Notes: generated from the sequence alone by a model not told the origin. Counted from the stretch's first letter, positions 38,855 to 49,100 are shown. The stretch: 63,355 nucleotides of DNA from Candidatus Methanofastidiosum methylothiophilum (GCA_001587575.1 LNJC01000004.1:1-63355); one strand, 5' to 3'. Program-made: numbers and translations.

Positions 38855-39005
38855 ATTACCACGAAAAATATTGTTTATTCTTTTATTTAAAACTATTCAT
38901 GGGTTTGGTGAGGAAAATTTTGTTTAAAAATATATAGAATATATAGTATAAATAAATATCCAAAACTTTTTAAGGATTGTTTTTAGAAGTAGTTCAGGTG
39001 TAACT

Positions 39006-41447
39006 ATGCCCCAAGATAAGGAGAAGAAACTAATCCTATTTTTTGAAGAGATTGATATCGACGATATTCCTTTTGTAGGTGGTAAGAATGCATCTCTAGG
39101 AGAGATGATAAGAAACTTGAAGAGTAAAGGAATTAAAATTCCTGAAGGGTTTGCTATCACGTCTTATGCTTATGATTTTTTTGTTAAAAATGCCGGAATT
39201 GAAAAAAAGATAAAAGAAATCCTAAAAGATCTTGACACAAATATCTATGAAAATCTTGCAACGAGAGGGGAAAAGATAAGGCATACTATATTAGAAGCTG
39301 AGTTTCCCGATGAATTGAAGAAGGAGATAATAAAGGCTTATGGCAAACTTGAAGAGATGTATGGAAAGAACGTTGACGTTGCTGTAAGATCATCTGCAAC
39401 TGCTGAAGACCTCCCTGATGCCTCATTTGCAGGCCAGCAAGAAACTTTCCTAAACATTACTGGTACAGATGCATTGATCATGGCATGCAAGAAATGTTTT
39501 GCGTCTCTTTTCACAAATAGGGCCATATCATACAGGCATGACAAAGGATTTGACCATTTCTCAGTTAAGCTTTCGATAGGCGTACAGAAAATGGCAAGAA
39601 GTGACAGCGGGTCAAGTGGTGTAATATTTACAATTGATACAGAATCTGGATTCAAAGATGTAGTTTTAGTTACTTCTATTTATGGTCTTGGAGAAAATAT
39701 TGTTCAGGGTGTTGTAAATCCAGATGAGTTTTATGTCTTTAAACCTACATTGAAGAAAGGTTACAAATCAATAATTAATAAAAAACTTGGGGCAAAGCAA
39801 AGAAGGATGATCTATTCCGACGACCCTGCAGAAGGAACAAAAAATATCAGAGTTGATGAGAAGGAAAGAAACAAGTTCTCAATAACTGATGAAGATGTTC
39901 TTAAGCTTGCAAGGTGGGCAGTAATAATTGAGGACCACTATACCAACAAAAAGGGAAAGTACACCCCAATGGATATAGAATGGGCAAAGGATGGAACTAA
40001 CGGAGAACTTTACATACTCCAGGCAAGACCAGAAACTGTTCATTCTCAAAGGGACTTCAACACGATAAAAACTTACATCCTAAAAGAAAAGGGGAAGAAA
40101 CTTGTTACAGGGCAAGCGGTGGGGGATCTCATAGGCCAAGGCATGGTCCACATAATAAGAACCCCTAAAGAGATTTCTCTCTTTAGAGAAGGAGAGATAC
40201 TTGTAACTGAAATGACAGACCCAGATTGGGAGCCTGTTATGAAAAAGGCCAGCGCTATTGTAACAAATAGGGGTGGAAGAACGTGCCATGCTGCCATAGT
40301 GTCTAGGGAGCTTGGAATACCTTGTATTGTTGGAACTGACAACTCTACTGAAGTCTTATCCGATGGTCAAAAGGTTACAGTAAGCTGTGCAGAGGGTGAA
40401 ATTGGTGCAGTTTATGATGGTCTGTTAAAGTATGAGATAGAAGAGATAGACATCCAGAAACTTCCTGAAACTAGAACTAAGATAATGATGAATGTTGGAA
40501 TACCTGAAAAGGCATTTTACCAGTCCCAGATTCCAAATGACGGAGTTGGGCTTGCAAGAGAAGAGTTTATTATTAATTCTTACATAGGGATTCACCCAAT
40601 GGCGCTTGTAAACTTTGAAGAGTTAAGTGAAAAATCACGGTATGACATAGCAGTTGCTGAAGTTGTAAAACAGATTGAAGATAAGACCGGAGGATACAAC
40701 GAAAAGACACATTTCTACATTGACAAACTCACATACGGTATATCCATGATTGGCGCTGCTTTCTACCCAAAGGATGTTATACTCCGTTTGAGCGACTTTA
40801 AGTCAAACGAGTATGAAAATCTAGTCGGCGGAAAATTCTATGAGCCAAAGGAAAGTAATCCAATGATTGGTTGGAGGGGTGCCTCTAGATATTATGATGA
40901 AAACTTCAAGCAAGCGTTTGCACTAGAATGTAAGGCGATTAAAAGGGCTAGGGAAGAGGTCGGATTAAACAACATCAAGATAATGGTTCCATTTTGCAGA
41001 ACTCCTGCCGAGGGTAGAAAAGTTGTAAACACTATGAAAGAATTTGGCCTTGTACAACGTGAAAATGGCCTTGAGATATACGTGATGTGTGAAATACCCT
41101 CAAATGTCCTTGCTGCAGACGAATTCTGCGAAATATTTGATGGATTCTCTATCGGCTCAAATGATCTAACTCAACTTGCACTTGGTCTTGATAGGGATTC
41201 AGAACTTGTTTCAAGTATCTATGATGAAAGGAACATCGCAGTCAAAAGATTGATTAAGAAGGCAATTGAAGTTGTGAAATCAAAGGGCAAAAAAATAGGA
41301 ATATGTGGTCAAGCACCTTCAGACTTCCCAGAGTTTGCGTCCTTCCTAGTTGAAAGCGGGATTGACTCAATAAGCTTGAATCCAGACACAGTCATAAAGA
41401 CCAGGCTCAATGTTTGGGAAAAGGAAAAAGAAATGGGATTCATATAA
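39006..41447 (+). CDS. ppsA: phosphoenolpyruvate synthase (pyruvate, water dikinase)
   Basis: VGGKNASLGEM start, phospho-His motif TNRGGRTCHAAIVSRELGIPCIVG, C-terminal PEP-utilising domain (GSNDLTQL). 813 aa. Confidence 0.95.
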   Translation: MPQDKEKKLILFFEEIDIDDIPFVGGKNASLGEMIRNLKSKGIKIPEGFAITSYAYDFFVKNAGIEKKIKEILKDLDTNIYENLATRGEKIRHTILEAEFPDELKKEIIKAYGKLEEMYGKNVDVAVRSSATAEDLPDASFAGQQETFLNITGTDALIMACKKCFASLFTNRAISYRHDKGFDHFSVKLSIGVQKMARSDSGSSGVIFTIDTESGFKDVVLVTSIYGLGENIVQGVVNPDEFYVFKPTLKKGYKSIINKKLGAKQRRMIYSDDPAEGTKNIRVDEKERNKFSITDEDVLKLARWAVIIEDHYTNKKGKYTPMDIEWAKDGTNGELYILQARPETVHSQRDFNTIKTYILKEKGKKLVTGQAVGDLIGQGMVHIIRTPKEISLFREGEILVTEMTDPDWEPVMKKASAIVTNRGGRTCHAAIVSRELGIPCIVGTDNSTEVLSDGQKVTVSCAEGEIGAVYDGLLKYEIEEIDIQKLPETRTKIMMNVGIPEKAFYQSQIPNDGVGLAREEFIINSYIGIHPMALVNFEELSEKSRYDIAVAEVVKQIEDKTGGYNEKTHFYIDKLTYGISMIGAAFYPKDVILRLSDFKSNEYENLVGGKFYEPKESNPMIGWRGASRYYDENFKQAFALECKAIKRAREEVGLNNIKIMVPFCRTPAEGRKVVNTMKEFGLVQRENGLEIYVMCEIPSNVLAADEFCEIFDGFSIGSNDLTQLALGLDRDSELVSSIYDERNIAVKRLIKKAIEVVKSKGKKIGICGQAPSDFPEFASFLVESGIDSISLNPDTVIKTRLNVWEKEKEMGFI

Positions 41448-42065
41448 ATGTTTGAGTCGCTGATTTCATCAGTTGTGCTAGGGATCACGGCAGGATTGTG
41501 CCCATTAAATCTATTTTTTATTATTCCTATTTTCCCGAAAGTCTTGGGTGAGAGGGCGCCTCTAAATGCAGTCTTATTCTCCCTTGGCGTTTCTACAGTT
41601 TTTATCCCCCTGGGGCTTCTTGGAAACTTTGGTTTTTCTTCCATATTCTCTGAAAGCAAGTTAGGATTTCTAGTTGGGGCAATAATATCAATAGTTATAG
41701 GATTAATACTCTTAAGGATAATAAGGATAAGTTACATCCTATCTGTAAAGAAGGAGAGAAAGTTTTATGGCTCAACACCATACACCTACGGAATCTCGTA
41801 TGGATTAATAACAATAGCGAGAGCTGCTCCGCTTTTGTTATCTTTAATCTCTATCGTGTCCTTAGAAAAAAACATCCTAATTGTAATTATCTCTCTTTTG
41901 ATTTATTCCTTTTTAGTTGGCGCACCCCTTATTGTAATCTCTTCGTTCTTCGGGCTAAAGAAGGTAGAAGATTTTGTTAGGAAATATTCAAAATCTTTAG
42001 ATATGGTAAGCGGGATAATGCTCGTCTTGATAGGAGTCTATTATCTCTATCTATTTTTATATTGA
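41448..42065 (+). CDS. polytopic membrane protein, weakly DsbD/CcdA-like
   Basis: 205 aa with about 6 hydrophobic helices. GITAGLCPLNLFF resembles the first Cys-Pro helix of DsbD_2-type proteins, but only one Cys is present. The ATG directly abuts the ppsA TAA. Confidence 0.3.
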   Translation: MFESLISSVVLGITAGLCPLNLFFIIPIFPKVLGERAPLNAVLFSLGVSTVFIPLGLLGNFGFSSIFSESKLGFLVGAIISIVIGLILLRIIRISYILSVKKERKFYGSTPYTYGISYGLITIARAAPLLLSLISIVSLEKNILIVIISLLIYSFLVGAPLIVISSFFGLKKVEDFVRKYSKSLDMVSGIMLVLIGVYYLYLFLY

Positions 42066-42211
42066 TAGATCAATATACATTAGTTTAATATTATAAATAT
42101 TATCGAACAATTTTTATAATTTGTTTTGATTTTTAGTATTATGTTCTATAATAATAGATAAACTTAAATAGGGATATATAGAACTTCAATAGCCGATAGA
42201 GGGGGATACCA

Positions 42212-43399
42212 TTGAACGTTTCAGAAAGGTCGTCAACAATAAGTTATGCTATTCGAGACGTAGTTGAATATGCAAGGAAGCTCGAATCAAAAGGGGACAG
42301 CATCTTAAAACTAAATATAGGGGATCCTCTGAAGTTTGATTTTACAACTCCAGAGCCTATGGTAGATGCCATCATCAAGGCAGCCAGGGATAATTTTAAT
42401 GGTTATGAAGATTCTCTTGGAAACACAGAGTTAAGAAGAGTAATAGCCGAGAGAGAATCTAAGAATAATGGGAAAATTTACTTAGAGGATGTTGTTATTA
42501 CATCAGGCGTTACTGAAGGGGTAAACCTAGTCTTTGGGGCAACTCTTGAGCCTGGAGATGAAGTTTTAATTCCAGGACCAGGTTATCCAACGTATACTGC
42601 TTATGCAACTTTTTTTGGAGCAACTCCAGTTCCGTATAGAACTATTGAAGAGGAAAACTGGGACATCGATGTTCAAGATCTAAAATCAAAGATAACTGAA
42701 AGAACAAAATGTATTGTCATAATAAATCCAAACAATCCTACTGGTGCAACATATTCTAAGAAGAATTTAAAAGAAATACTTGATATTGCAATAGAGCACG
42801 ATTTGTTTATTATATCTGATGAGATATATGACAGGATAACTTTTGACGATTCTTTTGTAAGCCCTGCATCAATGACTGACGAAGTCCCAATAATGACTTT
42901 CAACGGTATTTCAAAGATTTACCTTGCCCCAGGCTGGAGGGTTGGATATATCGCTTTCTACAACTGGGATACGCTTTCAGACATAAAAGAGGGCATAATG
43001 AAAGAGCTTCGTGCAAGGATAGCTGCAAATTCAATATGCCAGATGGGAGCAATTGAAGCGTACAAGAGCTGTGAGAAGTACGTAGTAGAGATGGTTTCAA
43101 AGTTAAAGCATAGAAGCGAGTATGCTTACAAGAGACTAAATGAAATCCCGGGGATAAGCACCACGAAACCAATGGGCGGACTTTACATCTTTCCAAAGGT
43201 TGAATTAGAAAACAGGTGGAAGGATGACAAGGCGTTCGTATATGATTTTCTAAAGATGAAAAAGGTATTATTAGTTCACGGTAGCGGATTCTGTCCCATA
43301 TATGGTAAAGATCATTTCAGGTCTGTATTTTTGCCGCAAATTGAGACTATGGAAGAAGCTTTTTCGAGGCTTGAAGATTTTATGAAGAACAAAAAATAA
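42212..43399 (+). CDS. class I/II PLP-dependent aminotransferase (aspartate/alanine type)
   Basis: NPNNPTG motif and PLP-Lys context FNGISKIYLAPGWRVGY. TTG start preceded by GAGGGGGA. 395 aa. Confidence 0.85.
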   Translation: MNVSERSSTISYAIRDVVEYARKLESKGDSILKLNIGDPLKFDFTTPEPMVDAIIKAARDNFNGYEDSLGNTELRRVIAERESKNNGKIYLEDVVITSGVTEGVNLVFGATLEPGDEVLIPGPGYPTYTAYATFFGATPVPYRTIEEENWDIDVQDLKSKITERTKCIVIINPNNPTGATYSKKNLKEILDIAIEHDLFIISDEIYDRITFDDSFVSPASMTDEVPIMTFNGISKIYLAPGWRVGYIAFYNWDTLSDIKEGIMKELRARIAANSICQMGAIEAYKSCEKYVVEMVSKLKHRSEYAYKRLNEIPGISTTKPMGGLYIFPKVELENRWKDDKAFVYDFLKMKKVLLVHGSGFCPIYGKDHFRSVFLPQIETMEEAFSRLEDFMKNKK

Positions 43400-43442
43400 G
43401 TTCTAGGGATAATCATTTATATTTTAATTCCCAATATATCGT

Positions 43443-43805
43443 ATGCGGGCCACTGACCCACAGATTCTTGATGCCATTAAAAATGTTCTAAGAGAAGATA
43501 TTGTAATTCATTCCCAGAATGAACTTTTTGAAAAGGTTAAACAAAAACTATCTAGCAAAGATGAGGCGCTCCAGGTATCGGCAGAGAGGATGAGGAGAGT
43601 CGCCAAAAAGTATGGTGTTAAAGTAAAGGTCCACTCCCGTAAGGGCAAGGAGATTAAAACATGTCCATTTTGCGGAAAAGACCTTCAAGACGTAGTCTCT
43701 AACGATTTATTTGGGCGGTCCACAACAATCGGTAAAGTTTGTAAAACCTGTAGATTTGAAATAGGCATTGGTAGAACTCCTGCAAGATACATCTTCAGAA
43801 GGTAA
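43443..43805 (+). CDS. small basic protein with C-terminal Zn-ribbon
   Basis: 120 aa with CPFCG...CKTCRF. No family recognised. Confidence 0.4.
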   Translation: MRATDPQILDAIKNVLREDIVIHSQNELFEKVKQKLSSKDEALQVSAERMRRVAKKYGVKVKVHSRKGKEIKTCPFCGKDLQDVVSNDLFGRSTTIGKVCKTCRFEIGIGRTPARYIFRR

Positions 43806-43807
43806 AG

Positions 43808-44821
43808 CTATAGCCTGAAAAATCTTCTTTTTTGAGTAGTTTCTTTGACTACGCCTTCTGCAACACCTTTTAGAAGTCCAATTATAATGGGCCCGTAAAG
43901 CAGACCTATTGGACCGAACATGTAAAATCCCCCAAAGAAACCTATCAGAACTATAAAGGGATGAAGCTGGTATTCTTTTTCGGGAAACTTTGGGTAAATA
44001 TGAATATTGTATAAGATACCAAGTAGAACAATACCATAAATTAGTAGTGCAGCCCCCTTGAGATAATTACCAATAAATAAATAGTAAGCGCCTAAAGGAA
44101 CAAAAACTGTCCACGGCCCAATAATTGGAAGAAGTGATGCAAGCCCCACTAGAAGACCTAATAAAAAAGAGTATGGGATCCCCAAGACTGCAAATCCGAT
44201 AATGGCCAGTAATCCTGTAATCATCGCACTCATTATATTTCCATAGATTAATCCATCTATTACCTTCTTTGTAGGTTGTAGTATCTCAAGTAAATCTTTG
44301 TGGTATGAAGGTGGAAGGACCTTGGTAATGAATCTCTCTATATGTTCTCTTTCTGCCAAGAAGTAATAAAGAGAAAGTATAAGGATTACCATGTTTAACA
44401 GAGTCAAAGGTATCTGACTCAATGTCTTTGAAAATAAGACTGTTATATCAACAATCTGAGGGAAAGCTTCTAGCATAAATTCATAGAAGGGTGATTCTGT
44501 AAAGTTTATCCCAAAAATTTTTAGAATTGAAATGTAGGAATGGGTTCTTAATATCTCGATGACAATGTCAAGTTCATCAAGAGCCTTAAGGAATATGTAT
44601 AGCAAAGTAACAAGTAGGGGAGCAGATACAAAAAGAGTTGTAATTGCTGCAGATAGGTTGTTCCTTTTTAGTTTATTGAATACTTTATGGTATACGGGGA
44701 GGAAAGTATACGCAAATACAAATCCTCCTATCAATCCAGGTATGACTGGATAGACTAGGTAAACGCCTAACAATATAATAAGAACAGACATGACAATTTT
44801 TGTATAAGAAATTCTATCCAT
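43808..44821 (-). CDS. AI-2E (PerM/UPF0118) family transporter
   Basis: 337 aa with about 8 TMs. Conserved C-terminal block LLPIIGPWTVFVPLGAYY...LLIYGIVLLGI is typical of UPF0118. Confidence 0.7.
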   Translation of the reverse strand: MDRISYTKIVMSVLIILLGVYLVYPVIPGLIGGFVFAYTFLPVYHKVFNKLKRNNLSAAITTLFVSAPLLVTLLYIFLKALDELDIVIEILRTHSYISILKIFGINFTESPFYEFMLEAFPQIVDITVLFSKTLSQIPLTLLNMVILILSLYYFLAEREHIERFITKVLPPSYHKDLLEILQPTKKVIDGLIYGNIMSAMITGLLAIIGFAVLGIPYSFLLGLLVGLASLLPIIGPWTVFVPLGAYYLFIGNYLKGAALLIYGIVLLGILYNIHIYPKFPEKEYQLHPFIVLIGFFGGFYMFGPIGLLYGPIIIGLLKGVAEGVVKETTQKRRFFRL

Positions 44822-44888
44822 TGAAAGTTATTTACTAGGCCTATATTTAAGAGTTGCCTAAAATAAAAAGAAGGAAAGAAAAAATAAA

Positions 44889-47800
44889 TTAATTTATTAC
44901 TACTTTTAATTCAACTGTATCTAAAGTCCCTCTTCTGGTGTAGGCTATTGCTTTTATATCGTATGTACCGGCCGGTGTGTTGGGTGAGGCTGTTAAGATG
45001 ATATTATAGGATCCTATGCTTTTTGCCTTTATCTTCTGAGATTCTGGCTCTAATCTATAGGATACTCCAGTTGGAAGCCCCTCAAATCTTACCATGACAT
45101 CATTCTGTGTTACAAATCCTCTGTTCTCTACCTGTGCAGTTAAGTTCTGTGTTCCTGGTAAAACTTCAAGCACTGATACAACTTTTCCATCGAGGATTAC
45201 ATCAATTCCAGTTCCGGATAAGGTCAATCGCTCTATGTCTACCAGCGGATATAGCAGCACTGCAGGAACTTCCTGCTTGTCTTCGCATATTACGTCTATT
45301 CTGACTGTTGCAGTTGATGTGCATGGCTCATCTTGAGTGGTTCTCGGCTCATCGACTATTGTATACTCAAAGAAGTCAGTGCCGCAGAAGTATTGGTCTG
45401 GACAGTACTTTATGATTCCTTTCTCATAGTCTATGAATTCAATTACGCCGTGTGGCGGGTCTTTTATGTCTGTTACTTTTATTGGGTCGCCGTTTGGATC
45501 GTAGTCATTGTCCATGAGGCTGAGTATGACACATGTATTCATTACAGTCTTGTTGTAATCGTTTACAGCAACAGGACATGTCAATGGGGGGCATGGCACG
45601 TCTACAGTGACTGTGGCTACATCGTATGAGAAGCCATTTGTTGCGTTGTAGTCAAATGTTGCTGTTCCGCAATATCCTTTTGGATCAAAGCTTATTGTAC
45701 CGTTTACGTCAAGCACAGTTACTGAGCCGAAGCTTGGTGTTGTGATTGAGCCTGGAACTATTTTCACCTTGTATCCGGAGCCATCGTCATTATCTGTGAT
45801 GTTGAAGTCAACAGGTGTGAATCTGTCTATTGTACTGTTGTAGTCATCATTTGCAACTACAGGCGGGCATGGCACAGTAATTGTGACTTTTGCAGTGTCA
45901 GTTTCTTCTCCGTCTGTAATTGTGTAGTTAAAGTCTGCTGTTCCGCAATTCATTCCAGGACAGAACCTTACCATTCCTTTTGAATCAACTAGTGTAACAG
46001 TTCCAAAGGTAGTTGTTGGCTGAGTGAAACTATCTATCCAGAATAGGTCTCCATCAGGATCGTAGTCATTTTTACTAACATTGATGTCTATGCATACATT
46101 GACTGTTGTTGAGTTGAAGTCGTCGACAGCTATCAAACCGTCATTTACGCATGTAACATTTATTGTTACGGTTGCCTGTGCAGTTGAGCCATTGACATCT
46201 GTGATTTCATAGACGAATGTGTCAACGCCACACCAGTTTGCATCTGGGCAATATAGTATGTAGCTACTATGGTTTATGTTGTAACCATGTGAAGGTCCTG
46301 ATACATTTGCGTCTGTTATCCAGAAGGATAGTCCATCTGGGTCATAGTCATTTGCAAGGACTATTGCGTTGACGCATGTGTCTTCAGTTGTTGTATAATT
46401 ATCATCTCTAGCTACAAGACCATCCTCGACACATGTGACATTTATTGTGACTGTTGCTGTGTCTGTTGAGCCGTTGACGTCTCTAATCTCGTAGACGAAT
46501 GTGTCAACGCCACACCAGTTGGCATCTGGGCAGTAAATGATGTAGTTACCATAGTTTGTATTTTTTCCATGTGATGGGCCTGAGACATTTTCATCTGTTA
46601 TCCAGAAGGTAAGTAGTCCTGGGTATTCTGGATCATAATCATTTTGAAGAACACTGGCATTTACACATGTGTCTTCATTTGTTGTGTATGTGTCGTTATC
46701 TGCGACTACAGTGCAGTTAATGACTGTTACTGTGACTGTCGCTGTGTCCCAGCAGTATCCGTCTGACACATTGTAGTCAAATGTGTCTGTTCCGCTAGTT
46801 CCAGTGTTTGCACAGTAGTATATCTTGCCGCCAGAGACTGTTGCTGTTCCCTTTGTTGGTGAAACAGTTATGCCCTTTATAGCGAGGGCATCGTCATCTG
46901 TATCATTATCAAGAACAGATGCATTTACGCATCCACCGCTGCAGACTGTGACGTTTGGATCGTCAACTGCAACAGGCGAGGGCTCGATTGTTACTGTGAC
47001 TGTCGCTGTGTCCCAGCAGTATCCATTAGATAAATTATAATCAAAAGATCCAGTTCCACTAGATATTGTCGGACAGAACTCAATTCTGTTGCCAGAGACA
47101 ATTCTAGGAGTGCCATTGACAGGAGTTCCAATCAAGGTCAAGGTAGATCCACTATAATTTTTATCGTTGTCAAGGACAGAGACGTTCACGCATTTTGTTC
47201 CGCATGTTGAAACGGAATCATTTACTGCATCTGGTGAACATAAAACATCAATATAGACAGTTGCAGTATAAATTATATTCCCAGTATCTTTCACGGTATA
47301 AGTAAACTGATCTGGCCCGCAATAGTTTGCATTTGCACAGTAAACGAGGTAAGTATTTTGATTTGTTACAGTTCCGAAGGAAGGATTAGTATAACTTTGG
47401 ATAGTAGGATTTTTTTTTTTATAAAAATCATTATCCAAAACATAAGCATTGACACATTTTCCGCTACAAACTGTATATGAGTCATCAGCTGCGCCTTCAG
47501 AAGTGTAAGTGTTAAGGTAGATTTTATTGTATTGATTATATTGAGCTGCACAACCATCAATCTGGAAATTACCAACTACTAGGTCTAGCCAAGTATCTCC
47601 ATTAACATCCCCAAAATCAAGCGAATATGTATTTAGCTGGTCTGTACCTGCGGCAGGCGGACCTACATCTTGTTTTACCCATTTAGTTTGCTTATATAAG
47701 GGATTTAAGAATAGCTGATTTTTAGCACCCCCACATGCACTTGCACTCTTATCCACATGACCCAGTGCTATATCGATATCCCCATCTTTATCCACGTCAC

Positions 47801-49004
47801 CTAATGCAATTGAACTTGAAGGTGTCAATAAAGCACCTAATGGAGCGCTAGGAGTCCAAGATGTACCGGCTCCTTGTTGAGCGCCACTGCCATTGCCAGT
47901 GACAATGCCCCCTGAGGTTGTATTGTAACTTATGTAGACACGCCAAGTGCTTTTTTCGCTTGATTTGAAAGGTTCATTTGCATAAACAATGTCTAAATCT
48001 CCATCTTTATCCATATCTCCTAATAATATTTCAGTAGTATTATGATTCCCAAAATCAACACCGTTAGTCGGTTGAGCGTGAATGGTATATCTTGTCCAAG
48101 TTTCTCCATTACCCCTCTGGGCGGCAGTTCCGTTACCTTTTATTATTCCTCCGCTAGTAGTATTAAGGTATACATAATTAACACCGTCTAGTTGGGGGAC
48201 ACCACCACTCATTGAATACCCATTGCCCACAGCAACGTCCATGTCCCCATCGCCATCTAAATCTCCAATAGCTATAGAATAGGTGTTACGTGAATCACCT
48301 GGATCATTAGGAAGATTTGAAGCAATAAGAGGAAATCTTCTCCAAGTTTCTCCATTACCCCTCTGGGCAGCAGTTCCGTCTCCGTGTATTATGCCGCCGC
48401 TAGTAGTATTGAAATAAACATAATTTGTGCCGTTATTCCCGACAACTGCATCAAGATCCCCATCATTATCCATGTCCGCAAGATGGATTGACCAGCTATA
48501 CTGGGCATCAGTTGGAAAATTTACGGCATCTATAAGGGGAAATCTTCTCCAATAAGTTCCGTTTCCTCTCTGGGCAGGAGATCCGTTTCCGTGTATTATA
48601 TCGGGGCTACCAGCGATACTATTAAAATACACATAGTTAGTTCCGTTATTTGCAACTACGACATCTATATCTCCATCGCCATCTAAATCTCCAGAGTGAA
48701 TGTGTAATGATTCATTACTATCATTTGTAATGTTGTATATACATGAGGGGGGCCAGTCTACTCCATAAACGGGCGTACTGATATAGACCTTATTAATACC
48801 GTTATTCGCGACTAAAACATCTTCCTTCCCATCCCCATTGACATCAACGACATCCACACAGTTAGTATAATCAATGTCATCCGTGATTCTAATATCTTGA
48901 GGATATATATAATTTGGATTTCCAAAAACAACACCAAAAAAATTTAAAACTAAAAAAGCAGTTAACACTACCGAAACTATCTTATAAATGCCCATTTTTC
49001 CCAA
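44889..49004 (-). CDS. giant secreted protein: FG-GAP repeat N-domain + ~8-9 Cys-rich cadherin-like 'tandem-95'-type repeats + family-specific C-terminal beta domain (paralog P1)
   Basis: 1371-aa uninterrupted ORF. TTG start 6 nt after GGGGTGG. Signal peptide present. Repeats GDLDGDGDIDVVVANNGTNYVYFN with (H/K)G(N/D)G.AAQRGNG..W inserts. Repeats of type D.Y.T.EDTCVNA.VL.NDYDPDG...YCPDANWCGVDTFVYEI.D.NGST..ATVTINVTC. C-terminal ~125 aa shared with 52797-54317 and 54509-55843. Confidence 0.85.
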   Translation of the reverse strand: MGKMGIYKIVSVVLTAFLVLNFFGVVFGNPNYIYPQDIRITDDIDYTNCVDVVDVNGDGKEDVLVANNGINKVYISTPVYGVDWPPSCIYNITNDSNESLHIHSGDLDGDGDIDVVVANNGTNYVYFNSIAGSPDIIHGNGSPAQRGNGTYWRRFPLIDAVNFPTDAQYSWSIHLADMDNDGDLDAVVGNNGTNYVYFNTTSGGIIHGDGTAAQRGNGETWRRFPLIASNLPNDPGDSRNTYSIAIGDLDGDGDMDVAVGNGYSMSGGVPQLDGVNYVYLNTTSGGIIKGNGTAAQRGNGETWTRYTIHAQPTNGVDFGNHNTTEILLGDMDKDGDLDIVYANEPFKSSEKSTWRVYISYNTTSGGIVTGNGSGAQQGAGTSWTPSAPLGALLTPSSSIALGDVDKDGDIDIALGHVDKSASACGGAKNQLFLNPLYKQTKWVKQDVGPPAAGTDQLNTYSLDFGDVNGDTWLDLVVGNFQIDGCAAQYNQYNKIYLNTYTSEGAADDSYTVCSGKCVNAYVLDNDFYKKKNPTIQSYTNPSFGTVTNQNTYLVYCANANYCGPDQFTYTVKDTGNIIYTATVYIDVLCSPDAVNDSVSTCGTKCVNVSVLDNDKNYSGSTLTLIGTPVNGTPRIVSGNRIEFCPTISSGTGSFDYNLSNGYCWDTATVTVTIEPSPVAVDDPNVTVCSGGCVNASVLDNDTDDDALAIKGITVSPTKGTATVSGGKIYYCANTGTSGTDTFDYNVSDGYCWDTATVTVTVINCTVVADNDTYTTNEDTCVNASVLQNDYDPEYPGLLTFWITDENVSGPSHGKNTNYGNYIIYCPDANWCGVDTFVYEIRDVNGSTDTATVTINVTCVEDGLVARDDNYTTTEDTCVNAIVLANDYDPDGLSFWITDANVSGPSHGYNINHSSYILYCPDANWCGVDTFVYEITDVNGSTAQATVTINVTCVNDGLIAVDDFNSTTVNVCIDINVSKNDYDPDGDLFWIDSFTQPTTTFGTVTLVDSKGMVRFCPGMNCGTADFNYTITDGEETDTAKVTITVPCPPVVANDDYNSTIDRFTPVDFNITDNDDGSGYKVKIVPGSITTPSFGSVTVLDVNGTISFDPKGYCGTATFDYNATNGFSYDVATVTVDVPCPPLTCPVAVNDYNKTVMNTCVILSLMDNDYDPNGDPIKVTDIKDPPHGVIEFIDYEKGIIKYCPDQYFCGTDFFEYTIVDEPRTTQDEPCTSTATVRIDVICEDKQEVPAVLLYPLVDIERLTLSGTGIDVILDGKVVSVLEVLPGTQNLTAQVENRGFVTQNDVMVRFEGLPTGVSYRLEPESQKIKAKSIGSYNIILTASPNTPAGTYDIKAIAYTRRGTLDTVELKVVIN
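45270..47500 (-). repeat. in-frame array of ~92-95-codon repeat units inside P1 (approximate limits)
   Basis: Successive units each carry the (V/L)(L/S).ND motif and 3-4 conserved Cys. The two most similar units are 46149-46430 and 46431-46712 (period 282 nt), with an identical 29-mer at 46210-46238 and 46492-46520. Confidence 0.75.
47410..47420 (-). repeat. 11-nt homopolymer (A11 on the coding strand) inside P1
   Basis: T11 on the + strand, encoding ...FY KKK N... (tat aaa aaa aaa aat) at about codon 528, between the FG-GAP domain and the repeat array. Confidence 0.9.
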
Positions 49005-49084
49005 TTAATACCACCCCACACAGTTATATTTTATCGACAATTATACAAATACTGATGATATACTAACGATAGAAGTTTAATATT

Positions 49085-49100
49085 TAAAAATGTTGTGGTT
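49085..49100 (-). promoter_or_regulatory. BRE/TATA-like promoter element of P1 (family-conserved leader)
   Basis: The minus strand reads AACCACAACATTTTTA, 81 nt upstream of the P1 start. Aligns with 54382-54417 over ~36 nt, about 28 identities by eye. Confidence 0.4.
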
